Source: Trichoplax adhaerens
Taxonomy: Eukaryota; Animalia; Placozoa
Assembly (NCBI RefSeq): GCF_000150275.1
Contig: NW_002060943.1
Location: 7,258,026-7,322,025, forward strand
DNA length: 64,000 nt
Reading direction: 5' to 3'
This document shows, piece by piece, positions 1 to 20,587 of this stretch; positions within the stretch are counted from its first letter, which is position 1, and each line of letters opens with the position of its first letter. The notes beneath the pieces are model-generated. The model made no database searches. It saw only the letters and a program-made list of their open reading frames with translations, and was not told where the DNA came from. The translations under genes and the position numbers were made by a program.

Positions 1-2318
<2,318 letters not shown>

Positions 2319-4196
2319 TCATAAGATTAGAGTCCAAAGGAAGATATATTAAGGGGGGAAAAAAATAATAATTATTCAATTGATATCCATGATATTATAC
2401 AATAAAGTACAAAGGCAATTTAATCATGATATTGGGTTATTATTTTTTTGTCTCTCTGTCTGGAAGTTGTTTTTGGTATTGTTTACAAGTAAATTAGAGA
2501 GGCGACAATATGGGAAACGATGCAAAAGAAGAGTGAATTATTAGCCATGGTGATCGTTTACATATCGAAGTCATATCCATAGTCAGGCCGTTATGGCTGT
2601 AAAATCAACTCGTTCATGGCACTTGGATCATTAGGATTGATTGCTAGTAAAATCGAGAGGTTGAGACTGGATGAGATCGATCGATTTGTATCTTGATGGG
2701 ATACCTCTTACAACTTTAACTGATCCATCTATGACACGGGGCACATTGGAATCAGTACATCTAGCTAAACTTGTATATACAAGATAGATCTAGTCTGTGG
2801 TAGAAGGAAAAGTTTGTTATTTTGATACATTGAAAAAACGATGGAAACGACCTCAGCTTGTAGCTCGTTGTTGTCCATGACCAAGCATCGATACTATAGC
2901 TAGAAAAGGAATGCATAGCAACATCGATGATGAAACAATCTATCCTCTACAATTGCTATAGCCATAGACTACGAAGAAAGTGATCCATTTTCAAGCTATG
3001 AGCATGATAAAAGCTATTATGCCAGCCTGCATGATGATCCTCCAACACGACAAGTATTCCCTTTCTTTCTCTACAGTATTGCATAGCCATCTCCTAAGTC
3101 ACGATGACACAGCTTTATCAAGATGGTCAAGCCTCCACTCACTCTACCGTAGACAAGGAGGTGATTCTCAACTGCATGGACTGATGGAAACCCTCCACTT
3201 GATCGTCTAATAGCATTGGCAATAACGAATGGATAACATGATTGCTAATCTACTGGCCAAATCAACTGGATCTTACCTAAATAATCGAAATGACGACAAA
3301 TTTGAGCAGCCATACTTGCACCACCAGCCGTTGTCTTGATCCAATGGTTATGAGTGAGGGTTACAATCAACCCCGGGTAATAGAAAGGGGGGTCAACAAT
3401 GGGGTGTTGCTTGGTAAGTGAAGCTTCTAACCTACTGTTTGATACTAGCTTACTGTCACTATGCTACAGTATAAGCAAGCGGCTCCTTTCTTGAAGCAGA
3501 GCTTATGGTATACAGATAGTACAGCGACCCGGACATGCTGCACCATGGCCTGTACAAACAAGGAAATCTCTACTTAGCAGGTTTCCTTCTATTAGAAATA
3601 AAAAGAAAATCTCTGGATAAGTGGATCAGATTGTTTAGTAGTTTTACTAGAGGTTATTATTCACTTTTATTTCTTTCTTTAAAGTCACGGCCTAGTAGAA
3701 GAATGGTTCTACCTGGACACCTGGTCTATACCTTTGTTGGGTAATATCGTGAATAAGTGGCACAATAGTACAGTGACATTAATTTTGCTAGTCATTTTTG
3801 AGGGCAGCATATTTAGTTATTACTCACATTCATCAGGTCATGAATAACTACTTTATATAGAATATTGAGTTAGTAAAGTATGATCGCTATGTCCTACAAT
3901 ACTATAGTAAGTCTTACAGACTTACAGTCTTGTATTAACATGATTACTATACGCACAGGGAAAATGACGAGCAAAAATAATGTCATGCCTGCAGTACATA
4001 GTACATCTGTACCGTCAAATACTGTCGTGTACAGTGTACAGTAGCACATGGTACTGTACTCGATCACGCTAGAGATTGTAGCAAACTGATAGTACAGTGT
4101 GCAATGGACGTTCTACAATTCTATACTGTATACTATACACTGATCGCACATAACTGCATACGCAGTAAAAATACGAAGTCGAAGCAAGTCCGTAGT

Positions 4197-4330
4197 CACG
4201 TGGTCAATCGCTGACGTCAGAAGTCAGCCTGTTTTTGTTTTGTAGACTTCGCCGCCGAGCTACACGTGTTGAGTCGATTCAGTATCGTGGTTGAAAACAT
4301 ACTGGATAGCAATAGCTTTTAGTATAAAAA
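4197..4330 (+). promoter_or_regulatory. Probable DKC1 promoter: two E-boxes (CACGTG 4197-4202, 4263-4268), CRE palindrome (TGACGTCA 4212-4219), TATA-like TATAAAAA 4323-4330
   Basis: Motifs read directly in a CpG-richer patch 190-325 bp upstream of the DKC1 ATG (4521). Function is inferred. Confidence 0.55.
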
Positions 4331-4520
4331 GGGTGTCGATCGTATTGGATCGACACCAGTTTGCAAAGCAAGCACCACCTCAACCGCGGTTGGGTCAACT
4401 AGATGTAATTGACTCGCTCGTATCGCGTCATCCAGTAGCAACGACACTTGCACGATCGGGTCATCTCACTCGAGCGCTTCAACTCTTTTTCCTATCCGAG
4501 ACCTGGACAATTCCTCCAAT

Positions 4521-9609
<5,089 letters not shown>

Positions 9610-11114
9610 ACAGCAATTTTGTATACTCCTATTAAATTTACTTTATTATGATATTGTAATATTGACTGTACACAGTACATGCTGTTCTGTTTGTACAGAA
9701 CTATGCAATGCAGTGTTATACAGTATTAACAGCAGAAAGAATTTACATCATGTTGCATGGTCTTCTAATCCAATCTTAATAGCAGTAGTACATCAGAATG
9801 CATTTGTTTTTAGCAAGCGATAATTGCAAAAGTTAATTTTTTACATTACTTTTGCTCTTGCATGGATCACTTTTAAAAATGTTCTTACCACAGTTAAAAG
9901 TTATGGTACCATATTTTACGCTGGTTGCATAATGACACGTCGTTTAACTTGACCATCATTCACGTTTATCTAGAAATACATTTAATCTTTTATATTTGTA
10001 GCAGCTAATGTGCTCCAAAGTCGAAGGTATAAATAGAATATCATAAGAGCTATACAGTATAAAGTATGGAGAAAGATAGAAAAAGTAATTGTTATCAGGC
10101 ATTATTTGATAATTATAACCAGTCTATACCTGACTGTGGTCAATTGCTTGCTTAATTTTTTGTTAATTCTTTATTCATGATACATTTACACTGCTCAGCT
10201 CATGTAATTCCATTAATCAATTGTAACGATGGGTTTGTCAAAGACTTCGGAAAATTTAATCTTGCAGCACTATACAAGAATATATTGGACAAAATTCTGT
10301 ATTATCTTTTTGGATTACCCCACTGTTGCATTGTTTACTATCGACATTATAAATACAATCTATCCTTACTTAATGTAATCAGTTTTTATAAATTGATAGG
10401 ATCAGTAATAAATATTGTGACATACGATCTTCACTGTTTGGATACTATTCATATATACTTGTATGGTTTGAACAGGTAGGTGCGCTGAAATACTGTTATG
10501 AAATGAGATAGAATACAAATTGACTTGTTCCTTCTAGCCTAATAACTACTTAGTAATTTATTTAATAGTTAGTAACGATATCTAGTCTTGATGCAAATTG
10601 CAAAGTTAGAGTTGGCGTACTGTAGTACTCGTTTTGCAGCTGAAGACATTCATAAGACTGTAAATAGGAAATCGACAGTATAGCAATAATCTCCTTGACA
10701 GTGCATAGTGTATTATCTAGTTTGGGCCTTTGTTATTTGGTTTTTGCTATTCTAGAAATATACTAGACTACTCGCATAATTTGAACATTATTCAAGACTG
10801 CGGTAGCATGTACGCATACAAGCCATTTAATGAATAGTTAACTGCATTGCTTACTTTGATTTCCTTATACTACAATGGTAATATGTACCGGTGATAAACT
10901 AGTCTATTATTTTTAATGGCCTAAATTGAAAGGAAGATTGATTGCTGGCATTGCTCTAGATTAGATGCCACTATAGTCTTGAATCATTAAATACCGTATT
11001 CGAAGTCGTTTTCTCCTTCCATTCTACGTCGCTCAGCACTTCTACTTTACTTACTGGCACTAGACTACATTAGTCTACTTATAACTCAAAATTGAGTTAA
11101 GATGAATTGGCAGC

Positions 11115-11740
11115 ATTACAAAAAAATGGCTGAGATTGCTACTATAGTCTTGAATCTATTCGTCATTTAGTTTATTCTTTAATGACAATAATTATAATTA
11201 TGCGTATAAGTAGCTACCATGCTGTTAGTCATTTTTGGTAACAGATCAAGAAATTGATGAGACTGCCACTATAGCCTTGAATCTATCCGTTATTTAGTTT
11301 ATTCTTTAATGACAATGATTGTAAGTAGCTAAGATATTCTTAATCATTTTTGGCAACAGATCAAGAAATTGATGAGACTGCCACTATAGCCTTGAATCTA
11401 TCCGTTATTTACTTTATTCTTTAATGGCAATGATTGTAAGTAGCTACGATATTCGTAATCATTTTTGGCAACATATTAAGAAATGGATGAGATTGCTACC
11501 ATAGTCTTGAATCTATCCGTCATTTAGTTTATTCTTTACGAGCAATAATTATGCGTATAAGTAGCTACAATACTCTTAGTCATTTTTGGTAACAGATCAG
11601 AAATTGATAAGATTGCCACTGCATGTAGTCTTGAATCTATCCGTTGCTTAGCTCAATCTTTAATGGCAATGATTGTAAGTAGCTACGACACTCTTAATCA
11701 TTTTTGGCAGCATATCAAGAAATGGATGAGATTGGAAAGT
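11115..11740. repeat. Intergenic tandem array, about 119 bp unit, about 5 copies
   Basis: GAGA(T/C)TGC(C/T)ACTATAG(T/C)CTTGAATCTATCCGT.ATTTAGTTTATTCTTTAATG recurs near 11132, 11259, 11374, 11489, 11609. Confidence 0.9.
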
Positions 11741-12939
11741 AACTACGACACCCTTAGCCATCTCCTTCTGTATTAGCATTCGTCTATAGTTGGTAACATT
11801 GATTAAAAAAAGGATTTGATTTACTGCAAGAAATGGATTAGATTGGATATATTAGCACTAGTCTGTTGTTAATGCTAGTTAAAAAGTATGGATTCATTGG
11901 CAGCACTGCAAGCTATGAAATTCCATTGGAAAGTAACTAAGGTACTCGTAGTCATCTCCTTCGTATATTAGCACTAGACTAGGAATGACAAACAGAATTA
12001 AAATATTCCTATGCAATCGTTTTGTAACTCTTAATGAATAGGGATATGTAAGATCTTACTCTGTGAACTAGCATAGCCTAAATCATAGAACTAAATACAG
12101 CTAATCAAGTTGGTGTCGATGATGGTATGTGGTATTTCTTGATGGAAGTATAGAAGCACCAATTGTGTCCTTAAAAGATTTTAATTACAAGCTACTCTCA
12201 AAGTAACTAACGTGTAAAATAATAGCATGTTACATAACAAATTGATCGGCAGCACTGCAAGAATTGGATTCCATTGCCATACCAGTGCAGCAAGAAATAG
12301 CTTTAAGCGTTAAAGAGAAATCACTGAGGTATCGTCTCTGCGTGTAGACTCCCTTTAAGGAATCTACTCGATCGTATGTAGAAAATAGACTAAAGATGAA
12401 GGGATCTACTGTAGCATAGAAGGTTGCTAACAGAAGAAAGATCGATCTACTCCAATTCCACCATGGTATGCACTACTGTACAATAGTCCATTTCGAAACT
12501 AAGCCTTAGATCAACACATTTAGGGTAAATAAACTATTTTGCAAACAAACATTTTTTCCCCAGTCCATGAATTCCATCAACAAGTTAATGTATACAACAT
12601 GGATAGCCATGCTATGCAGAATATACGATTGGTGTGCTCACTAGCAATACTACACTATTAGGATCCACCGTTCTGTATAATTCATACATAAATAAATTTG
12701 AGTATTGCTTCCTACTGAGAGGCCCAACTTTGAATATACAGTTTACTGGAAATCTCAGTTCTCGTGAATAAGTAATTATTGTCCTATGCACTCTTTATTG
12801 CTCTACTATACTCGTATCATAATATCCAATACCAACTAGATATTATAAAATATCATATTCGTACATCTTGATGGCATATCTTGAGATATTTCGAACAATC
12901 GTGCTCTAATTGAGAAAAAAAGATCAAAAGGAAAATCCA

Positions 12940-15900
12940 ATGGACCAATTTAAATTAATCCTTTTCAATCTTATGTTAGGGCTAATTTGCCAACAAGCGA
13001 TCGCTCATTGCATCCAGCCAACTCTTCCAACACAAGCCCATTCCCGACAGAGTTTTCCATTTCAACACCGGCAAGAAAGAGCTATAGTACGAGGTAATTA
13101 TATATTGAATATGCAATCTATAAGTAATAAAAAAACTTCATCAATCCAATCGCATTTTCATGTCCTATTGGGTCTTTTTGTTAATCGCAATGAACTATCG
13201 GATCATATATGCTAGTTTAGTATTAAAAATGATTGGTCCATAAGTAAAAAACTCCATCAATCCAATCGCATTCTTATGCCTTATTGGGCCTTTTTAAATC
13301 CCAATCAGCTATCCAATTGTATGAAGTAGTTTAGTGTTAAAAATATAATAATTGATCGATATATTTGCTCAAGTTAGGATGGATCCATCTCCCCTTGTTT
13401 ACTGCTCTTTATGGACAGTATTTATCCTGGCTAGAGTTGGTTTGAACTGAAATAGAATAGCCGTCAATTTTATGTTGAGAAATTACAATATCAAGAGTTT
13501 TCCTTTCTACCCATTAGCTTATGTAGTAGCAATGATCACGTCTATCTTTATTTATTCAATCTTGACGACCATGAACAAGATGGATCGTTATTCCTTAGGG
13601 CAGTGCTTTGATTATTTTTCGTTCTACATACCAAAGCTATAGACTGCTACATGAATAGGACAGTCGATTGCTAACAGATCGACGAAAAGATGGAGCTAAT
13701 ACCATTTTGGGGGCTTAGTATTCATTGACCATGATACAAACTTGGAAACAAATTAATAATATCCTATAGTTCATCTTTTCCTATCATAGCCCACACGTTG
13801 CGACGACATTGGCTTGGGAATAAAGTTGAAAATGTCCGTTGATTCATCTTTTCCGATGGTGATGCACATATTACAACAATATTCACTTGGAAATAACTTG
13901 AAATTGCCTTGACTTTCAACTTTTCCTATCATGAATTCAAAGTGTCCTAACGTTAATCTCTTCCTGTCATGATTTGCATATTGTCCGGATATTAACTGGG
14001 GAATAAATTTATACTAACGTTAATCTTTTCCTGTCGTGATTTGCGTATTTGTCAGAATATAAACTTGGGAAAAAAATTGACACTAACATTAATCTTTTCC
14101 TATCATGATGCATATGTCGTGGCGACATACATTTAGGAATAAGTTCATAATGTCCTTACGTTTATCCTTTCCTGATCACGATATTGTGGTGATATCGATA
14201 TTAACTTGGTAATCAAATCGAAAATGTTCTAACGTTAATCTTTTCAATCATCATGAGTGACGATATCGATATTAACTTGATAATCAATTCGAAAGTATCC
14301 TAGCGCTCTTCTTTTCCTGATCTCTATGTTATGACGATATCAAATTAACTTAGTAATCAATTCGAAAATGTCCTAAAATTCATTTTTTCTTGATCTCTAT
14401 GTTGTGACCATATCGATAATAACTTGGTAATCAATCAGATAATGTCTTAAAGTTCCTATCATGATCCTAGACGTTGGACGATATCGGTATTAACTTGGTG
14501 ATCAACTAGAAAATGTCCTAACGTTTATCTTTCCCTGATCTACGAGTATATATTGTGATGATATCGATCGTAACTGGGAATCAATTAGAATTGCCCTAAC
14601 GTTCATCTTTCCCAGATCTATATATTATGACGATATTAATATTAGCTTGGTAATCAACTACAAAATACCTTAACGTCCATCTTTCCCCGATTTCTATATT
14701 ACAATAATGTCAATTTAGTAATCAATTAGAAAATGTCCTAACGTTCATCTTTCCCTGATCTATATAGTGTGATGATATCGATCGTAACTTGGGAATAAAT
14801 TAGAAAATGTCCTAGCGTTCATCTTTCCCTGATCTATATGGTTTGACGATATCGATAGTAACTTGGTAATCAATTATAAAGTGTCTTAACATTCACCTTT
14901 TCCTACTATGATCCATAGTTCCATACGTTGTGATGATATTGATAGTAACCTGGGAATAAATTAGAAAATGTAATGTTGATCATGATCCCTATACACGTAT
15001 TTGACGATATAGATAGTAACTTGAGATTGAATTGAAATTATTCTAACGTGAATCATTTCCTATCCTAACTCATAAGTTAAAATGATATATTTAAGAACAA
15101 ATACATGTCCTAACCTTTTCATAATGCTATTGAGGTAGGTGGAAGAGAATCATCGATAGCTTACACTGGTGGCCAAGCCAAAATCACCTGTAAAATTTTA
15201 AAATCCACTGATCGCGATCCTCCATCCAAGCCGGAATGTACTAATTTGTTCTGTCTCAATAAGCGTAAACTTTACTTTTATTGCTCTAAAACAGAGCAAT
15301 ACAACTATAAGGATAATTGCTTAGCTTGCTGGAAATTTAATGGTAATCTATTGCCTGTAGAAGGACAAGATCAGTTTTCCTTCGGTTTGGAACAGAAATC
15401 GGATACAAATTCAGCTTATTATTATTTCAATCTGATTATTAAAAATGTCCATAAGGAGAATGAAGGAAATTATTCGTGTTCACTAACGATGCTTGAATAC
15501 GGATATAGTCATACAATGCAGGACCTAAGCACTCTTCAAGTCAAAGGTTACCTATTCAACTTGAATTATTAACCAAATTAACGTTTAGATAGAAGTTTTA
15601 GTTTGCAATAAACGAAAAGTTCGTTTTTTCTTTCCAATCGTCCACTTTAAAATAGAAGAACAAACTGGCACTATAAAACCTGATTTGTTATTTACAATTA
15701 TATCTTTTAGATTCATGGATTCAATGCAGTAAGGAAAAAATGATGGAAGTACAGTATGATAACGATGGCAATCAAGCTAAGATTTATTGCAAAGCTTATG
15801 GAGCTCCACCTTTGCATTTCCAATTCCAATGGTATCGAATAACTGGAAGGAATAAGACAAAATTAAGTGGAAATTATAATGCAAATCAAGGATCATCTAT

Positions 15901-18900
15901 TATCAATGTACTACCAATCGATCGAAGAAAAGTAGAACAAACTGGAAAGATTATTTGTATTGCTCGAAATACTTTGATCAAGGATTCTCAATGTCAATAT
16001 CAAGGCAATGTAAATCCACTAGATGATGCTAGTAAGTCAATTCAATCTTGATTAAGGTATAGATAGGGAAAGGAATAAAATAGCTAGAATATTCATTTAC
16101 TGCACAAAATAAGAGTAGAATTCGTATGTCAGTGTGAGCCATATTGACCTACGCACTACCCGATTTTAGTAAATTGATTCTATCTTGGTTAAAACATAGA
16201 TAGGGAAAGGAATAGTTTAGCTGAAGTATTCCTTTGCTGCCTAAAATAAGAGTCAAATTCTCTATGCGAGTATCAGTAATACTAATCTACAAAAAATGGC
16301 TTAAAAATCCAGTGATGTATCGACAAATAAATGAGTAGACTACATTAATCTGCGTCCTTATACGTATGTTGATTACGGAATAGATACGAGATTTATTCTT
16401 GATTTATTCTAAAGTTACTGAACACATTCTGTATTTGGATATAGAAAGATTTTTCCCACGCCATTTCTTAGCTAAAATAAGTACTAGACCTTTCATGCTA
16501 AAATTATTGTCATAGATAATCAAAGATAGATCAATTTGGTTCCACGGTAAACTTATTTTTCCCTATATTACTTGCGATATTTCTACTATCAACTAGCTTG
16601 GATGGTCACGCTGATTAGTATTTTAGGATCTGGAACACTAACGTTATGTATTATCGGCGTATTGCTAAAAGTAACACGAAATCAGACTATCACTGGGTTG
16701 GCCAGAACCTTAGTGACTATACTCAGTAGAGAAGGTAAGTCAAGGTTTATTAGCGCATAGCTTATAAAATTCAATATTCTACTTTACTCGAATTATTAAA
16801 GATTCAATCTTTTTTCTATAACACTAAACTAAGATTTATTAGTTCATAGCTTATAAAACAATTCTAGATAGGCTTTATAATAAATTCAATATTCTCCTTT
16901 CTCGAACCATTACACCTGCTATTTTTAATCAATAATAACAAAGTCAAGATTAATCAGCTCATAGCTTATGAAATAATTCTAGATAAGCTTTATAAAAATT
17001 CAATATTCTATCTTACTTATAAAATAATTGTAGATAGACCTTACAATAAATTGAATACTCTACCTAACTCGAAGTCAAGGTTTATTAGCTCATAGTTTAT
17101 AAAATAATTCTAGATCGACTCTACTTGTATAAAAATTCGATATTCTTCTACCTTACTCGAACCATAAAAGATGCTATCTTATGTCATAATGACAAAATCA
17201 AGATTTATTAAATCATAGTTTATAAAATAATCCTAGATAGGCGTTGTAATAATTCAATATTCTATCTTACTCAAACCATAAAAGATGCTATCTTTTGTCA
17301 TAATAATTAAGTCAAGGTTTATTAGCTCATAGCTTCTAAAATAACTATAGATAAGCTTTATAATAAATTCAATATTCTACCGCTCTCAAACTATAAAAGA
17401 TTTTAACGTTTATCATAATAACGGTTATGCAACAGCTTGTATCTAGAGTAGTAGCCTCCGGATTTTCAATCAGTACTTACCCAGTCGTAACTTTCTCGCT
17501 ATACTCTTCCGTTCATAAGCTTGCTTGGAATTACTATCATTTCTCTTATAAAATAGGATAGAGTAGCTCATACGAGTAAGTTATAAAATATCATGTCATT
17601 AGTGTTATAATAAAGCCTTGAGCATATTGATAGTCAGTTCGTCGAAGAAAAATTATTTTATATAATAATTTTCGTCTTGATCTTCGGATATCTTATATAT
17701 TAATGTATATTATTGCGTCTATCATGATAGTCTTGATAATTCAAACACAACCATTCTTAACTGAAGATATAGAAGAATTTCGTAAGGAAATTGGAGCAAC
17801 TTATAAAGCCAGAGTCTTCTATATTGACAATACAACTGCATGGGCAGATATGAGAACAGTTGTGGCAAATTTAAAAAGATTTAAAGTTGTCATATGTATC
17901 ATTAGTGAAAAAATACTGCATGAAGGTGTCAGTAACCTACAATTTAAAGATTTTTTATGTAAAATTATTACTAAATGTATAGAAAAAGAGAATGTGACCG
18001 GTATGCCGCCTATACTTATTCTTAAAAAGGAGGAATTTAATCATAGCCACTATCCCGATGACGTCGATCAATTAGAATGCATTGATATTCACTTAAAGGA
18101 CGAGCAATTTCAGCAATTGCTAAAATCTCATTTAACGAATGAGCAAATTCAATGGCTAGAAGATCATTTTACTGATCAGCAATTCAAGCAACTGCTTAAA
18201 ATATATTATAACGATCAATCATTTCAGCTATTGCGAGAAAATTGTTTAACCCATGAGCAATTTCTAATGTTACTTGTAAGTCATTTAGACGATGACCAAT
18301 ATCAGCAATTACTAAAAACTCAATTAACTGGTGAGCAAATTCAATACCTAGAAGATCACTTAAATCAGCGGCAATTACGACAATGGATTAAAAATTATTT
18401 CACAAATCAACAACTTCAAATATTACAAGAATCTCGTTTATCAACCGATCAAGAATTACAGCAATTGGTAGAAAACCAGTTAACTGATGATCTACTCCAA
18501 TCATTCCTGCAAACTCGTTTAACAGATGAGCAAATTCAATGGTTAAAAGATCATTTAACTCCTCAGCAATTAAAGCAATTGCTTAAAAATTATTCCATCA
18601 ATAGACAATTTCAGCCTTTGCTAATAGCTCTTTTAACCAATGAGCAATTGGAACTGCTGCTTCAAAGTCATTTAATCGATGATCAATTCCAACAATTACT
18701 CAAAAATAGCCTAACTAGTCAGCAAATTCAATGGCTAGAAAATCATTTAGCTGATCAGCAAAGCAAGCAATTTCAACAAGTACAAACAAATAGGTTAAGT
18801 ACTGAACAATTTCGTCAGTTGACAGAGAGTCATTTAACCCATGATCAATATGAACAATTACTCGAAAGCTTTGCTCGATTTTACTATTACGATTGGAAGG

Positions 18901-18905
18901 ATTGA
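12940..18905 (+). CDS. Type I membrane receptor, paralogue 1: signal peptide, 2 Ig domains, TM, TIR/SEFIR-like domain, helical repeat tail
   Basis: Exons 12940-13093, 15139-15546, 15711-16031, 16597-16734, 17731-18905 join in frame, all introns phase 1. Signal MDQFKLILFNLMLGLICQQAIA; Ig1 KITC...CWKFNG...LIIKNVHKENEGNYSC; Ig2 KIYCKAYGAPP...FQWY...IICIARN; TM WMVTLISILGSGTLTLCIIGVLL. The TIR-like call rests on hydrophobic pattern only. Confidence 0.85.
13750..15070. repeat. Degenerate minisatellite, about 60 bp unit, about 20 copies, intron 1 of receptor 1
   Basis: GATATCGAT..TAACTTGGTAATCAATTAGAAAATGTCCTAACGTTCATCTTTCCCTGATCT recurs roughly every 60 nt. Confidence 0.9.
16737..17420. repeat. 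Tandem array, 90-130 bp unit, about 6 copies, starting at the intron 4 donor of receptor 1
   Basis: AAGTCAAG(G/A)TTTATTAGCTCATAGCTTATAAAATAATTCTAGATAG-like units near 16737, 16827, 16941, 17072, 17194, 17309. Confidence 0.85.
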
Positions 18906-19434
18906 ACGCCTTTGGCGTAAATCGTCTTAGTCCATCCATAAATAACGAATAGGATTAAAGTTAGAGCTATGGTTGAGAAGGAAACTACTATAAAAGATTA
19001 ATAGTAATTTTCCTATCACTGCTCTATCTAACTCAGAATTGAATAACATAGGATTGGCTGGCATGGATCTAAGTCCGTTCAGATCAAGTGAATAATCCAA
19101 ATGCTTATCTCACGCTATTTCTCTACATTATTCGATATTATAAATCATTAATCAAATTTAAAGAGAATTTACAGTGAAAAAATATCCAGGATTAGTAATG
19201 TTCTAAAGAATTTAGAATGTATGACTTCTGATGTAATCATCAATCCAATTTTATTCCATGTTATTTCTTTACTTCATTTTATTAATCACATATCGAGTTT
19301 AAAAATCATCCACGAATAGAAGAGATCACCAATTGAAAATAGTGTTAAAAGAATGATTATTGTAATTATTGATCGAAATTTTATTTATATCATTTCTCTG
19401 CTCTATTCTGTTGTATTTCTGAATCATCCATTAC

Positions 19435-19755
19435 CTATCGAGTTCAAATAAAATCTAATACAGAGTATCTCTAATTACGAATATTGTAATAAATGATACC
19501 ATTAATTAGCAACTAAGTTTAAATAAATTCCTTAACAGAGAGTCTCATCAATTAAAAATATTTTAACAAATGATACCATTAATTAATTATTGGCACCTAC
19601 CCGAGTTTAATTAAATAAAATTACCTAATACAGAGTCTCCCCAATTAGAAATATCTTTAATAAGTGACAACATTAATTATCAGCACTTGCCGAGTTTAAA
19701 TAAAGTCCCCTAATACAGAACCTCACCCAATAAGAAATATTGCAATAAATGATTA
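19435..19755. repeat. Tandem array, 80-90 bp unit, 4 copies
   Basis: TAATACAGAGT.TC.C.AATTA.AAATAT...AATAAATGATA.CATTAATT near 19456, 19533, 19626, 19711. Confidence 0.8.
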
Positions 19756-20587
19756 TTGTTGTAATCATGGATCCAATTCCATCTACATCTGTATGATTAA
19801 ATTTGATTCTTCATTATTTTCTGACTCATCGAATCTTATACTAAGACTTTAATAACATTTACAGTAATTTAATCTGCATGATTAAATTGGATTCTACAAT
19901 ATTTCCTTGCCCATTTAATTTTAAACTGGGGCTTTAATAATATCTACTGTATTTTAATCTATATTATTCTACGCGATTCAGTAGGACTTATTACATGTGA
20001 GGAGATGGGATAAATTAGGGTTAGGGTAGCAAATAGGATTACGATCATTGATGCAATGCCATCGACATCAAGTCTACGATACTATTCTATGTTAATTCTT
20101 TCTCTACTTTACAATATTAACCACATATCCAAATGTAGTAAAAGGACTAAAAGTAGAGTCCTTTGTAGTTTTTAGTATGTAATTAGTATTATTTTACTAT
20201 ACAAAATACCTAGAAAGTGATAGTGTCTTTAAGTTTTACCCTGCCAAATCATCATGTCGCCATCTTTTCTTCTTCATTATTTTACAAGGTATTATATAGA
20301 TTACTATACAAGTAGCCCTATAGAGCAAATGCCTAATCTAAAGAAAGGGCGTTTGATCGTCTATTCAAATTGTAAAGAAATTTGACTTAGTAGCAAAACC
20401 CTATCCTTAGAGAAAGGGGATTTATAACATGACGATAAAGTACTGTAAGGTAGTCTATACTCGTACAGTTACAGTACAATCTGACGCTAAAACATCAACT
20501 GTCAATACTCGCGAATACTAAGCGATACTAATGTCAGAAAAGTAGTCGTAGTAGTCATATAAATTTTTTGATAAGCGATTACTGTGA

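Noticed and set aside
13750-15070. Regularly spaced repeats resembling a CRISPR array
   Set aside because: Whole units are homologous with no unique spacers; eukaryotic intron, no cas genes.
20015-20030. TTAGGGTTAGGG telomere-like motif
   Set aside because: Only two units; compatible with chance.
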